From Chloroflexota bacterium (GTDB lineage Bacteria; Chloroflexota; Dehalococcoidia; Bin125), in the NCBI GenBank assembly GCA_028875225.1, contig JAPPFB010000018.1, positions 101,543 to 165,542 of the forward strand: DNA of 64,000 nt, written 5' to 3'. The notes beneath the pieces were generated by a model. The model did no database searches and was not told where the DNA came from. It saw only the letters and a list, made by a program, of their open reading frames with translations. Both the position numbers and the translations under genes were made by a program. Shown piece by piece: positions 35,909 through 46,654 of the stretch. The stretch's first letter is position 1. The number at the start of each line of letters is the position of its first letter.

Positions 35909-36953
35909 GGGCGACCTGGGAGTGGCGCTGGCCGCTGTGGTCGACGAGCGCCGCAGCCTCAGCGACGCCGAAGCCTCGGCCGCGATGGACGCGTTGATGT
36001 CGGGCGAAGCCGATGAAATCCAGGCGTCCGCCCTGCTCACCGGACTCAGGATGAAGGGCGAATCGGTCGATGAAGTGGTCGGCCTGGCCCGGGCGATGCG
36101 GGAGCACGCCCTGCGCGTCGATCTCTCAGAGCTGCCGCGGCTCGCCGACACCGCCGGCACCGGCGGCTCGGGAACGCACGCGTTCAACTCTTCGACCGCG
36201 GCAGCGTTCGTGATGGCCGGCTGCGGCGTTCCCGTCGCCAAGCACGGTAATCGCGCCATGTCCTCGAGCGTCGGCAGCGCCGACGTGCTTGAGGCGCTCG
36301 GCGGTCAGATCAGCGTCAATCCCGGACAGGCTGCCGCATTGATTCGTGAAGTCGGATTCGGATTCCTCTTCGCCCAGGCATTTCATCCGGCGATGCGCTT
36401 CGTTGCGCCGATTCGCCGTCGGATTGGGGTGCGAACGGTGTTCAACATCCTCGGACCGCTGACCAATCCTGCCCGAGCGACGCATCAACTGATCGGCGTC
36501 CCACGCCCCGAGCTCGGACCGCTGATGGCGACGGCACTCGGACGACTCGGCGTTCGCCGCGGACTGGTCGTCCATGGACGGGAAGGCCTGGACGAAGTCT
36601 CACCCGAGGGTGAGACGACCTGCTGGCAGATTGATGGCGAAGAGCTGACAGAATTCACCGTCTCACCCGGTGACTTCGAAATCCGCCCCGTTCCGCTCGC
36701 CGCCGTCCGCGGTGGCGAGACTGCCGAAGAGTCTGCGTCGATGATGCGGGATGTCCTCGGCGGCAAGACGTCCGCGCTGACGGGATTCGTCACGTTGAAC
36801 GCCGCCGCCGGATTGTTGGCCGCTGAGGAAGTGCCGACCTTCGCAGAAGGCGTCAGCCGGGCGGCGGAATGCATCGACGATCAGCGGGCGCTGCGTAAGC
36901 TGGAACTGTTCGTCGAGCGGTCACGCGCTTTCGCGGGTGAAACCGAAGCGTAA
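35901..36953 (+). CDS. trpD: Anthranilate phosphoribosyltransferase
   Basis: GTG start overlaps the trpG stop. [17 protein letters not shown] and KHGNRA blocks. Confidence 0.9.
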
Positions 36954-36965
36954 AGAGTTGACATA

Positions 36966-37751
36966 ATGCCGTCCGTCCTCGAGCGCATCGTCAACGAAAC
37001 GCGGGAAGCCGTGGAGGCCCGCAAAGATACGGCGCCTCTCGCAGAGCTGGAGCGGCGCGCGCGTGCTCGAACAGAGCGAAATGACTTCGTGGCAGCGCTC
37101 AATCGACCCGGAGTCGGCCTGATGGCGGAGATCAAACGCGGTTCGCCGTCCAAAGGGCTGTTCGCGCCCGACCTGGTCCCCGCCGGCCTGGCCCGGACCT
37201 ACTGCGAGGTTGGTGCGATCGCGGTCTCCGTCCTGACCGCGCCCGCATTCTTCGCCACCGACAACGACCTGTGCGATGCGGTCGCCGCGCTTCGAGGCAG
37301 CGGGTTACCGGTCCTCCGTAAGGAGTTCCACGTCGACCCCTACCAGGTCGCGGAAGCGGCAGCTCTGGGCGCCGACGCCTACCTGCTGATCGCGAAGACG
37401 CTCGATGGCGCCCAGCTCACGGAGTTGGCCAGGGCCGGCGAGGAATACGGCCTGACCGCGTTCGTTGAAGTCACCGACGAAGCGGAAGCCGAAATGGCGT
37501 TGGAGGCCGGGGCCGCCGCCATCGGCATCAACAATCGCAACCTGCATACGTTCGAGGAGGATCTCGGCACGACGGAGCGGCTGCGACACACGATCCCCGC
37601 CTCGATTCCGGTTGTCGCAGCCAGCGGGGTCCGAACCCGCGAGGACATGAAGCGGATGGAAGCCTGCGGCGTCAATGCGGTCCTGATTGGAGAGGCGCTG
37701 TCCGCCGCGGCCGACCCGCAGGCCAAGGCACGAGAGCTGTTGGGACGATGA
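36966..37751 (+). CDS. trpC: Indole-3-glycerol-phosphate synthase
   Basis: MAEIKRGSPSKG, LRKEF and INNRNL blocks. Confidence 0.9.
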   Translation: MPSVLERIVNETREAVEARKDTAPLAELERRARARTERNDFVAALNRPGVGLMAEIKRGSPSKGLFAPDLVPAGLARTYCEVGAIAVSVLTAPAFFATDNDLCDAVAALRGSGLPVLRKEFHVDPYQVAEAAALGADAYLLIAKTLDGAQLTELARAGEEYGLTAFVEVTDEAEAEMALEAGAAAIGINNRNLHTFEEDLGTTERLRHTIPASIPVVAASGVRTREDMKRMEACGVNAVLIGEALSAAADPQAKARELLGR

Positions 37752-38431
37752 CGTTTGTCAAGGTCTGTTCCGTGCGAGCCGTCGAACATGCCGTCTGGGC
37801 GCGCGAGGCCGGAGCGGATGAGATCGGCATGATCTTCGCCGACGCCCCGAGACGAATCGACCTCAAGGTTGCGCGAGCCGTCCGCCGCGAACTGGGTCCT
37901 CGTGTCGAGATTGCAGAAGCGACAACAGAGACCGCGGAGCGGGAGCGCGTTGCGGCCAATCAGCCGCTGTTGGTTGGCGTGTTCGCCGGACAGTCGGTCG
38001 ACGAGATCGAGCGCGTGCTGGACCAGGTCGACCTCGACCTGGTCCAACTCAGCGGTGGTGAGCATCCGGCCCTCGCGTCGCGAATCCGACGAGCCGTCGT
38101 TCGCGTCGTCCACGTAGCCGACGGCATGGACGCGGGAGCGGTGCTCAGAGAAGTCAATCGCGCCCCGAACACGATCACCATGCTCGACGCCAGGTCGAAG
38201 CAGGGCGGTGGCATGGGACAGCGCATCGACTGGTCGATCGCAGCCGAGGTGGCGTCGAACCGTCCGCTTGTGCTGGCCGGAGGGCTCAACCCCGACAACG
38301 TGGCCGAAGCGGTACGCGCCGTCCGACCCTGGGCCGTCGATGCTTCGTCCGGACTCGAAACCGACGGAACCAAAGACCGAGAGAAAATCGAGGCGTTTGT
38401 CGCCGCGGCGAAAGCGGAGGATGTGTCGTGA
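37748..38431 (+). CDS. trpF: Phosphoribosylanthranilate isomerase
   Basis: VKVCS...GADEIGMIF...[10 protein letters not shown]. 4-nt overlaps on both sides. Confidence 0.85.
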   Translation: MTFVKVCSVRAVEHAVWAREAGADEIGMIFADAPRRIDLKVARAVRRELGPRVEIAEATTETAERERVAANQPLLVGVFAGQSVDEIERVLDQVDLDLVQLSGGEHPALASRIRRAVVRVVHVADGMDAGAVLREVNRAPNTITMLDARSKQGGGMGQRIDWSIAAEVASNRPLVLAGGLNPDNVAEAVRAVRPWAVDASSGLETDGTKDREKIEAFVAAAKAEDVS

Positions 38432-39609
38432 CGCGAGAGACTGGAGCCTTCGGACCGTTCGGTGGGCAGTTCGCGCCGGAGACCCTGATGCCCGCGCTGG
38501 CCGAGCTGGAAGAGGCATGGACCGAAGCTCAGAAGGACGCGGAGTTCCGAGCCGAGCTCGACAACATGCTGCGCGACTACGTCGGACGCGAGACGCCATT
38601 GACCTACGCCGAACGACTGTCGGAACAGCTCGGAGGCGCGCAGATCTGGCTTAAGCGGGAAGACCTGGCCCACACCGGCGCCCACAAGATCAACAACGCG
38701 CTGGGACAGGTCTTGCTGGCTCGTCGAATGGGCAAACCAAGAATCATCGCCGAGACCGGAGCAGGACAGCACGGAGTCGCCACAGCCACTGCCTGCGCCA
38801 GGTTCGGCATCGAGTGCATCGTCTACATGGGCGAGGAGGACGTCCGCCGACAGGCGCTGAACGTATTCCGCATGAATCTGCTGGGCGCGGAGGTGGTACC
38901 GGTCAACTCGGGCGCCCGCACGCTTAAGGACGCGATCAACGAGTCCATCCGCGACTGGGTCACCAACGTGCGCACGACCCATTACCTGATCGGCAGCGCG
39001 ATCGGGCCGCACCCGTATCCCGTGATCGTGCGCGAGCTGCAATCCTGCATCGGCCGCGAGGCTAGAGACCAGTTGCAGGAGAAGATCGGCAGACTGCCCG
39101 ATGTCGCAATCGCCTGCGTCGGAGGCGGCAGCAATGCGATCGGTCTGTTTCATCCGCTGATCGACGATCCGGTTCGCCTGATCGGCGTCGAAGCAGCCGG
39201 CGAAGGACTCGAAGCGCGACATGCGGCGACGCTGTCCGCCGGCTCTCCCGGCGTCCTGCATGGGACGCGGACCTACGTCCTCCAGGACGAGCACGGCCAG
39301 ATCACAGAAGCGCACTCGATCTCCGCCGGTCTCGACTACCCCGGCGTCGGACCCGAGCACGCCTGGCTGATGCTGACCGAACGGGCAGAATACGTCTCGG
39401 TCACCGACGACGAGGCGCTCGACGGCCTCAAGCTGCTCTCCGAGACCGAAGGCATCATCCCCGCCCTCGAGACTGCTCACGCGATCGCGTATGCGGCGAA
39501 GATCGCGCCGGCCATGAGTCCCGACGAGACCATCCTGATCGGTCTCTCCGGCCGAGGCGACAAGGATGTGGAGATCGTCAGGGACGCGCTGGCCGCGCGC
39601 GAGCGCTAG
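38428..39609 (+). CDS. trpB: Tryptophan synthase beta chain
   Basis: [20 protein letters not shown] (PLP lysine) and GGGSNAIG. Confidence 0.95.
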   Translation: MTRETGAFGPFGGQFAPETLMPALAELEEAWTEAQKDAEFRAELDNMLRDYVGRETPLTYAERLSEQLGGAQIWLKREDLAHTGAHKINNALGQVLLARRMGKPRIIAETGAGQHGVATATACARFGIECIVYMGEEDVRRQALNVFRMNLLGAEVVPVNSGARTLKDAINESIRDWVTNVRTTHYLIGSAIGPHPYPVIVRELQSCIGREARDQLQEKIGRLPDVAIACVGGGSNAIGLFHPLIDDPVRLIGVEAAGEGLEARHAATLSAGSPGVLHGTRTYVLQDEHGQITEAHSISAGLDYPGVGPEHAWLMLTERAEYVSVTDDEALDGLKLLSETEGIIPALETAHAIAYAAKIAPAMSPDETILIGLSGRGDKDVEIVRDALAARER

Positions 39610-39611
39610 TC

Positions 39612-40364
39612 GTGACCCAGTCTCAGCCCACCGAGACCGGCGAGGCGCAGACGCAACCAGAAGACCGCGGACTGGCAGGCTTCAGACTGGTCGGCTGGGG
39701 CCTGATCTGCACCCTGGCCTGGTTGGTCGTGTTACTGATCACCGGCGCACTGGTGGCCGCGATCGATGACGCCGACGAAGCAACCAGCGAGACGGGACTG
39801 CTGGTGTTCGTGATTGGCCAGGGAACTGCCGGCCTCCTCGGCTGGTTCATTCTGCCCAGGCTGATCCTGCGTCGTAGGAGTCAATCCAGCCTGATCTCCT
39901 GGCGGCGGCCCACCGGATCCGACGTCGCCTGGGCGATCGGCGGCCTGCTCGCGATCTACGCGGTGTTGTACGCCTACACCGCGATCATTACTGCTGCCGG
40001 TCTCGAGTCCCTAGAGCCACAATCGACGATCGACGACGATCGGTTGTTCGTCCACACGTCGGTCATGGTCGCGCTGGGAATCCTGGTGATCGTCTGTGCG
40101 CCGATCTACGAGGAGGCCTTCGCGCGCGGATTCGTCCTGGGCGGGCTGCGGCCGCACTGGGGATTGATTCCAGCGTTCGTCGTCTCAGCGGCGGTCTTCT
40201 CGGCGCTGCACGCCGACCTGGGCAGCCTGATTCCCTTCGCCATCGCCGGCGTCGTCCTGGGGATCGTGTACATCCGCACGCAATCGCTGACTGCCGCCTC
40301 AATCGCTCACTTTGGCTTCAACGTAATCGGATTCTCGGCGACGCTGGTGCAACAGCTTGGATGA
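39612..40364 (+). CDS. CPBP-family intramembrane glutamic endopeptidase (CAAX protease-like)
   Basis: Multi-TM protein. CPBP motifs EExxxR (YEEAFARG), FxxxH (FSALHAD) and HxxxN (HFGFN). Starts 2 nt after the trpB stop. Confidence 0.8.
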   Translation: MTQSQPTETGEAQTQPEDRGLAGFRLVGWGLICTLAWLVVLLITGALVAAIDDADEATSETGLLVFVIGQGTAGLLGWFILPRLILRRRSQSSLISWRRPTGSDVAWAIGGLLAIYAVLYAYTAIITAAGLESLEPQSTIDDDRLFVHTSVMVALGILVIVCAPIYEEAFARGFVLGGLRPHWGLIPAFVVSAAVFSALHADLGSLIPFAIAGVVLGIVYIRTQSLTAASIAHFGFNVIGFSATLVQQLG

Positions 40365-40373
40365 GAGATCGGC

Positions 40374-41249
40374 ATGTCTGAACTCGGAGCCCGATATCGC
40401 GAAGCCTTTGCCGCCTCCCGGGCGCGTGGCGACGGTCCGCTCGTGTTCCCGTTTCTGGCCGCCGGCTTTCCCACGCCGGAGGAGACGCCCGACCTGGTTC
40501 GCGCGGCACTCCGTGGAGGCGCCGGAGGATTCGAGATTGGCGTGCCGTTCTCCGATCCGCTCGCCGATGGTCCGGTACATCAGGACGCGTACACAGTGGC
40601 CCTGGCCGCGGGAGCGACCGTCGAGACTGCGCTCGAGGCCTGCCGAGTCGCCCGAGAGACACAGCCCGAAGTTCCGGTCACCCTGATGGGCTATCTCAAC
40701 CCGTTCCTCTCTTATGGGTCGTCGACGCTGGCCAGCGAGACCAACCCAGGCGAATCACTCGGCGAACCGCTGGAACCACTGGCGCGGCGAGCCTCCGAGG
40801 CTGGCGTTGATGGGATCATCGTGGTCGACTTGCCCGTGGACGAATCGGATGCCGCCCGCGAAGTGCTTGCCAGGTATGGGATCGCGTTGATTTACCTGCT
40901 GGCGCCAACCTCGACAGCAGAGCGAATCGCGGCCGTGGCCGAGCGGGCGGCCGGCTTCATCTATCTCGTTTCGCTGACTGGCGTGACCGGGGCGCGCGAT
41001 CAAGTCGCCCGCGATTTCGAGGCGTTTGTCTCCCGCGTCCGAACGAAGACTGACACGCCGTTGGCAGTAGGATTCGGCATCAGTCGGCGCGAACATGTCC
41101 AGCAAGTCGGAAAACTGGTGCCCGCTGCTATCATCGGGTCAGCGCTGACCGCGACGATCGCGTCGGCGTCCGACGGGGCCCGGGCGGCTGCCGTCGAGCA
41201 ATATCTCGAGGTGGTCACTGGCCGCCGGAGTGAAGAGACAGGCAAATGA
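40374..41249 (+). CDS. trpA: Tryptophan synthase alpha chain
   Basis: FEIGVPFSDPLADGP, YLVSLTGVTG and GFGIS blocks. Confidence 0.9.
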   Translation: MSELGARYREAFAASRARGDGPLVFPFLAAGFPTPEETPDLVRAALRGGAGGFEIGVPFSDPLADGPVHQDAYTVALAAGATVETALEACRVARETQPEVPVTLMGYLNPFLSYGSSTLASETNPGESLGEPLEPLARRASEAGVDGIIVVDLPVDESDAAREVLARYGIALIYLLAPTSTAERIAAVAERAAGFIYLVSLTGVTGARDQVARDFEAFVSRVRTKTDTPLAVGFGISRREHVQQVGKLVPAAIIGSALTATIASASDGARAAAVEQYLEVVTGRRSEETGK

Positions 41250-41425
41250 GCAACCGAACCGGGACGGTTCCAGTGTTCGTTGACTGCGTCTATATCTCCG
41301 CGGCCGGCATCTTTGAGGCCGGTCGCTAGATCGCGTGCCGACGAGATTCGTCGAATCGCTGATCGCACCGTTGCAACTCTGACCACCCCCACGCCGAGCC
41401 GCTGGGAACGACTGAACACCTGACG

Positions 41426-41890
41426 ATGGCCACATCCGATTCCGAGCCTGTCTGGCGCCTGCGCGGCATTCGCGGTGCGACAACCGTTGAAGCCAACACG
41501 CGCGCCGACATCATCGAAGCGACCGAAGAACTGCTCGCCGAGATGATCGTCGCCAATGACATTGACTCGAGCGAAGTGGCTTCGGTGTGGTTTACGACCA
41601 CACCTGATCTCAACGCCGAGTTCCCTGCAGTAGCGGCCCGGCTCACGTTCAAGTGGAGTCATGCGGCGCTGATGTGCGGACACGAGATGCAGGTGCAGGG
41701 ATCGTTGCCGTCCTGCTTGCGGATTCTGTTGCATGTCAACACGCCGCTTCGGCAGAACCAGGTGCAGCACATCTACCTGCGCGGCGCCCGTGAGTTGCGA
41801 ACGGACTTAACGGTTAACACAGAATCATCGAGCTCGGTTGGCGAACTCCTGAGACAATTCAGGGGAGATCCCGAGCCGTACAGCGAATGA
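41426..41890 (+). CDS. aroH: Chorismate mutase, AroH class
   Basis: [13 protein letters not shown]...[15 protein letters not shown]...[10 protein letters not shown]. Confidence 0.8.
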   Translation: MATSDSEPVWRLRGIRGATTVEANTRADIIEATEELLAEMIVANDIDSSEVASVWFTTTPDLNAEFPAVAARLTFKWSHAALMCGHEMQVQGSLPSCLRILLHVNTPLRQNQVQHIYLRGARELRTDLTVNTESSSSVGELLRQFRGDPEPYSE

Positions 41891-41906
41891 GCGAGAGGGT
41901 GACGAC

Positions 41907-42959
41907 ATGCTGATTGTCATGAGAATGGGCGCGACCGACGAAGAGGTTCGCGGCGTGCTCGCACGACTGAAGGAATTCAATCTCGAGGGACACCTGTCTC
42001 CGGGTAAGGAGCGCGTCGTGATTGGCGCCGTCGGCGTCATCGGCGATCCTGACATCCGCGCCCAGATGGGTCGGATGAGCGGCGTCGACGAGGTCATCGC
42101 GATCTCGCGTCCGTACAAGCTCACCGGGCGAGAGTTCCAGAAGGAAGACACCGTCATCAATGTCGGCGGCGTCAAGATCGGCGATGGGACCATGGTCGTC
42201 ATGGCCGGGCCCTGTTCGATCGAGAACGAAGAGCACATGGTCACAACGGCCAAGGCCGTTGCGGCGTCGGGCGCGCAGATCCTGCGCGGCGGCGCGTTCA
42301 AGCCTCGCACATCGCCATACGCATTCCGCGGTCTGGGCGAGGAAGGTCTGCAGCACCTGGCAGCTGCCCGCGAAGCAACGGGTCTGCCGGTGATCACCGA
42401 GGTCATGGAAGCTCGCGACGTCGAGCTCGTCGCCCGCTACGCCGACATCCTCCAGATCGGCACGCGGAACATGCAGAACTTCATGCTGCTTGACGAGGTC
42501 GGTCTGGCACGCAAGCCGGTGATGCTCAAGCGCGGCCTCTCGGCCACGATCGACGAGTGGCTGCTGGCTGCCGAGTACATCATGGCCAAGGGCAACCGCG
42601 ATGTGATCCTCTGCGAGCGCGGCATCCGCACGTTCGAGACGGCAACCCGGAACACGCTCGACCTCTCGGCCATCCCGGTGGTCAAGCGGCTCAGCCATCT
42701 GCCGATCGTCAGCGATCCGGCCCATGGCACCGGTCACTGGTACCTGGTCGATCCGATGGCCCGCGCCTCGATGGCAGTCGGCGCCGACGGACTCATGGTG
42801 GAAGTTCACCCCAACCCCGACCACGCGCTGTCGGACGGCCCGCAGTCGCTGACGTTGGAGAACTTCGATTCGCTAATGCGCTCCCTGGAGCGTGTCGGGG
42901 AAGCGGTCGGGCATCCGCTCGCGCCGCAACCCCAGTTCGCTGCCGCCGTCGCCGACTAA
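41907..42959 (+). CDS. 3-deoxy-7-phosphoheptulonate (DAHP) synthase, type I-beta with N-terminal ferredoxin-like regulatory domain
   Basis: [14 protein letters not shown]...GAVGV regulatory domain. [22 protein letters not shown] and DPAHG catalytic blocks. Confidence 0.9.
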   Translation: MLIVMRMGATDEEVRGVLARLKEFNLEGHLSPGKERVVIGAVGVIGDPDIRAQMGRMSGVDEVIAISRPYKLTGREFQKEDTVINVGGVKIGDGTMVVMAGPCSIENEEHMVTTAKAVAASGAQILRGGAFKPRTSPYAFRGLGEEGLQHLAAAREATGLPVITEVMEARDVELVARYADILQIGTRNMQNFMLLDEVGLARKPVMLKRGLSATIDEWLLAAEYIMAKGNRDVILCERGIRTFETATRNTLDLSAIPVVKRLSHLPIVSDPAHGTGHWYLVDPMARASMAVGADGLMVEVHPNPDHALSDGPQSLTLENFDSLMRSLERVGEAVGHPLAPQPQFAAAVAD

Positions 42960-42972
42960 ACAGGAAGCGATT

Positions 42973-43069
42973 CGTCATTGCCGCGCTTGCCGCGGCAATC
43001 TCGACGAGTTAAGCACCAGGCGTCGTTGCGGAGTGGAGCCAGATACCCGCGCTTTGCGCGGGTATGACG
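42973..43069 (+). repeat. MITE/REP-like structured element R4, copy 2
   Basis: cgtcattgccgcgcttgccgcggcaatctcg...agatacccgcgctttgcgcgggtatgacg. Confidence 0.85.
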
Positions 43070-43080
43070 ACAGCTAGAGG

Positions 43081-43650
43081 TTAGAACTCGTTGGTCAGCG
43101 CGCGGCGAGCTGCTTCGTCTCTCCGGTCGACGGCCTGGGACTGCTCGCCCTGTTGAACCTTGAGTTCAAGTTGGTCGACGGCGCCGGTGACGGAAGTCTG
43201 CATCGTGCGCAACTGATCGCTCAATCGCCGCAACATCTCCAGCGAGTAACGGTCCGCCTCGAGCGCCTGGGAAACGGCTTCTGTCGTCGCCTGTCCACGC
43301 GCCGCGGCCGCCTCGTGGTTGGCCCGCGTGATGGTCTCGGTCGCCGATTGGTGAGCCTGGTCCACGATGCTCTGCGCGCGCGCCTCGGCCGCCTGGACGA
43401 GTTCGTGGACAGAAATCTGCTGCTCGGCATCCTGACGCGCCTGTTGCGCGAGCACTGCAGCCTCTTCCTGCGTTTGCTCGAGCAGCCGCTCCCGCTCCTC
43501 GAGCAGGCGTTGAGCCTGATCGGCCGACGCCGGCGCGGCCATTCGCAGACGGTCGATCAAGTCGAGCAGCTGCTCGCGGTCAACCGTCCAGCCTGACCCG
43601 AAGCGGCTGCGCCGACCGTCGAGCACCGCGTTCTCAATCTGGTCGATCAA
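43081..43650 (-). CDS. Coiled-coil protein of unknown function (ATP-synthase-b/DivIVA-like composition)
   Basis: 189-aa Ala/Gln/Glu-rich heptad-like sequence with a TTG start in the track. No enzymatic motif recognised. Confidence 0.5.
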   Translation of the reverse strand: MIDQIENAVLDGRRSRFGSGWTVDREQLLDLIDRLRMAAPASADQAQRLLEERERLLEQTQEEAAVLAQQARQDAEQQISVHELVQAAEARAQSIVDQAHQSATETITRANHEAAAARGQATTEAVSQALEADRYSLEMLRRLSDQLRTMQTSVTGAVDQLELKVQQGEQSQAVDRRDEAARRALTNEF

Positions 43651-43737
43651 TTCGAGGAGGTCGATGTTGAACTCCGGCCCAGCGTCCCGCCTGTTTCGAC
43701 TCTAGCGCAGGGCTGCAGGAACGGATCCCGGAACGGC

Positions 43738-44220
43738 TCAACGCTTGGGCGGTCCGTAGCGCTCGATCAGCGCCTCGTTGACGTTGGCTGGCACCAGATC
43801 GTCCACCGGGTGCCTGAGCGACGCCAACTCGCGGATCCTGCTGGCCGAGATAAACAGGTGCTTGTGACCGGCCATCAGGAAGACCGACTCAATGTGCGGC
43901 GCCATCTTCTTGTTCATTAGCGCCATGTCGAATTCCGCTTCAAATCCGGTCACGGCGCGAATCCCACGCACGAGCACGCTGGCGCCCACATCGTCGGCGA
44001 AGTTGACGACCAGGCCGGTGAACTTGGCCGCGCGAACGTTGGGGCAATGTCTGGTCGCCCCTTCGATCAACGCCAGGCGCTCGTCGACGTCAAACGTCTC
44101 GCTCGAGCGCGCATAAATGGCCATGACGACTTCGTCAAACATGCCCGCGGCACGCTGAACAATGTCCAAATGACCGTTCGTAATGGGGTCGAAGCCGCCG
44201 GGATAGAGCGCGATCGTCAT
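43738..44220 (-). CDS. coaD: Phosphopantetheine adenylyltransferase
   Basis: ALYPGGFDPITNGHLDIV and ISASRIRE. Confidence 0.9.
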   Translation of the reverse strand: MTIALYPGGFDPITNGHLDIVQRAAGMFDEVVMAIYARSSETFDVDERLALIEGATRHCPNVRAAKFTGLVVNFADDVGASVLVRGIRAVTGFEAEFDMALMNKKMAPHIESVFLMAGHKHLFISASRIRELASLRHPVDDLVPANVNEALIERYGPPKR

Positions 44221-44798
44221 CGTGAGGCCTCCACGCGATACGTATCAATCGCGCCGTCACCATAGCGCCGTTGATCGATCCGTACTAGCCCGCCGATTCG
44301 GTCGGGCGGTGTCGAGACGCCGCCCGATGCCCTCACCAGGCGTCGCCAGACCGCGATCGCGCCATCGGGGAGGTTCGCGCGGTGCGCCAGCTCCTCCACG
44401 ACAGGAAGCGCGTCCACGCGATACGGCGGATCAATGAAAATCAGATCGGGGTCAAGTGGAATTCGCGAGAAACAACGCTCAACCGGCAATCGATGCACGC
44501 GGGCGGTCTCGCGCAGTCCAAGTTCGTCCAGGTTTCGCCTGATGACAGCGCACGCGGCCCCGTTGCGCTCGACGAAATCGACAGATTCCGCGCCTCGACT
44601 CAGGGCCTCAATCCCCAGATACCCAGCGCCCGCATACAGGTCCAGCACCCGCGCATCCTCCACGATGTCGCGAATCGTCGGTCGGTCGAAAATCGCCGTC
44701 CTGACGATGGCGGTGGCCGGTCTGGTTCCATTGGCGGGCGAACGAAGTCGTCTGCCGGCGAGCGACCCGCCAACGATGCGGGCATGAGAGGAGGACAC
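44217..44798 (-). CDS. rsmD: 16S rRNA (guanine966-N2)-methyltransferase
   Basis: RIVGGSLAGRRL..P....RP, VLDLYAGAGYLGIEALSRGA and FIDPPY. Confidence 0.85.
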   Translation of the reverse strand: MSSSHARIVGGSLAGRRLRSPANGTRPATAIVRTAIFDRPTIRDIVEDARVLDLYAGAGYLGIEALSRGAESVDFVERNGAACAVIRRNLDELGLRETARVHRLPVERCFSRIPLDPDLIFIDPPYRVDALPVVEELAHRANLPDGAIAVWRRLVRASGGVSTPPDRIGGLVRIDQRRYGDGAIDTYRVEASR

Positions 44799-46654
44799 TA
44801 CTCCGCCCCTTCGGATCTGACGGGAACCGTGATCACGTGACCCACTCGAACATCGCCGTCGGAAACGACGAGTTGGGCGCGATAGTCTCCGGCCGTGGTC
44901 GGCAGGTCCCAGAATTGCCAGCCGCTGCCGCTGTTGCCGGACAGCTCGCCGCCCTCGACGCTGAATATCGGGTCGAACAGAATCGCATTCGGCAGGCGCA
45001 AACTCGGAACGCCCGACTCAAAGAACGCAGCGATCGCCGGCCAGAGGTTGGCATTGGCCGGATCGGCAGATGCGTTGCCGATGTACACGCCGCCCAGCTC
45101 CCACTCCGACACCACCATCAGATGGAACGCTGCGCTGAATCGGTTGTGAATCCAGATCGTGACCGCGGCGCCGGTCTGATCGGGATAGGTAAAGGTCGTG
45201 ACTCGATTGACACTGTCCCAGCGGAGCCCGCCGGCCAGGTTGTCCAACATGATCGAGTTGCCCTGCAGCGTGACGCGTGAGCCGGGCAGGTACGGTCCTG
45301 GTTCGCGAATGCTCAACATCGAGGCAATCCCCAGTGCGTCGCGTTGGGAGATCTCCGTGAATCCGGTCGACGAACGAACAACGGCGTTCGACTGCAACGC
45401 CAGAAGCAACTTGTTCGGCTCGATCCGCTGCAACAGCGTCGGCAGCGATGCGTCGATCGCGGCCTGGAAGACAGTTGGATCGAGCGGCGGCTCGATCACG
45501 ATGAAGTCCGCCGAAGCGCCAATCTGCGACAGGTCGTAGGCCCCTTCGCCGATCCCTCCCGACGCGTTGATCGGGATGTGGACCGAAACGCCTCGATCAT
45601 CGCGGTGCAGCCGGTCCGCCAACTCGCTGATGAACGAAGTGAACTGCGAACGCAGCGCCGGCGACACGTTCAGGTAGTGGATATCGACGCCGTCGTGCTG
45701 CCCACTCTGAATCGCATGCTGAATGTTCGCGATGTGCTGGCGTCGCAGATCGTCCGACGCCAGGATGTCGTTGACCAGATCCGCCTGGTCGGCGTCGGCG
45801 TAGACCGTGGGCCAGACGTTCTGCGCGATCACCGGCGTCGGCAAATCGACCAGACCGAGCAACGATCCATCCGCGCCGGGCTGCCAACCGTCGGGATGCA
45901 GGATCGTTAACGATCCGGCAAGCAAGGACTGCGGTTCCTCGCCGCGCGGCACTCGGCCCGCGATCACATCGCGGAACTGCAACCGGCGGAAGATCGCAAT
46001 GTTCTCGGGCGCACTCGACAGCGTGATCACGGCGGACACACCGTCGCTGCTCAGCCCGGCATCTCCGAGCCGGACCCAATCCTGTCCATTCCAGGTGTAT
46101 GCGCCCAGGTTTCGCGCGTCCTGGGTCGGGTTGGTCAGGCGCAGGGTGAACTCGAACGGTCCGAGGTGCCCTTCCGGCACGCTGACCTCGTAGACCGGCG
46201 ACGCTGCGCCAAGCACATCGGGAATCGCCGGCAACTGCGCCATCAACCGTGACTCGAACGAGACTGGCGCCCGGATCACGCCGCCGTCTACCTGTTCCGC
46301 AGCAGAAGTCTCGTCTTCGGTGTTGAAACTGGTGTCGATCAGACCTGGTTCAAAGAACAAGACAATGACCACGGCAACCAACAATGCAGCGATCAGCAGG
46401 ATCAGCAGGACGCCAAGACCGCCGCCGCCTGATGGAGTTGCGCCGCGCGGGAGCCGGCTGCCCGGGCCATCGGGCTGGCTGGCCCGGCGTGGAGGCTCGG
46501 GCAGCGGAGTCGCGGGAGCCTCCGGCGTGGGATCAAATGGCGCGGTCTCTGCCGGACGGCGCGCGCGCCGGGACCTTCGCGCGGGCTCGGGCGGAGGCTC
46601 GCCGAGGCGCCGTACCGGACGCGGTTGCCAGTCGCCGCCTTCGGTGGTCGTCAC
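44798..46654 (-). CDS. Membrane-anchored protein with GH18-like (chitinase/YaaH-like) domain lacking the catalytic DxE
   Basis: Pro-rich N-terminus, one TM (VLLILLIAALLVAVVIVLFF) and a block HDGVDIHYLNVSPALRSQFTSFISELADRL resembling GH18 DGVDIDxE. Confidence 0.55.
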   Translation of the reverse strand: MTTTEGGDWQPRPVRRLGEPPPEPARRSRRARRPAETAPFDPTPEAPATPLPEPPRRASQPDGPGSRLPRGATPSGGGGLGVLLILLIAALLVAVVIVLFFEPGLIDTSFNTEDETSAAEQVDGGVIRAPVSFESRLMAQLPAIPDVLGAASPVYEVSVPEGHLGPFEFTLRLTNPTQDARNLGAYTWNGQDWVRLGDAGLSSDGVSAVITLSSAPENIAIFRRLQFRDVIAGRVPRGEEPQSLLAGSLTILHPDGWQPGADGSLLGLVDLPTPVIAQNVWPTVYADADQADLVNDILASDDLRRQHIANIQHAIQSGQHDGVDIHYLNVSPALRSQFTSFISELADRLHRDDRGVSVHIPINASGGIGEGAYDLSQIGASADFIVIEPPLDPTVFQAAIDASLPTLLQRIEPNKLLLALQSNAVVRSSTGFTEISQRDALGIASMLSIREPGPYLPGSRVTLQGNSIMLDNLAGGLRWDSVNRVTTFTYPDQTGAAVTIWIHNRFSAAFHLMVVSEWELGGVYIGNASADPANANLWPAIAAFFESGVPSLRLPNAILFDPIFSVEGGELSGNSGSGWQFWDLPTTAGDYRAQLVVSDGDVRVGHVITVPVRSEGAE

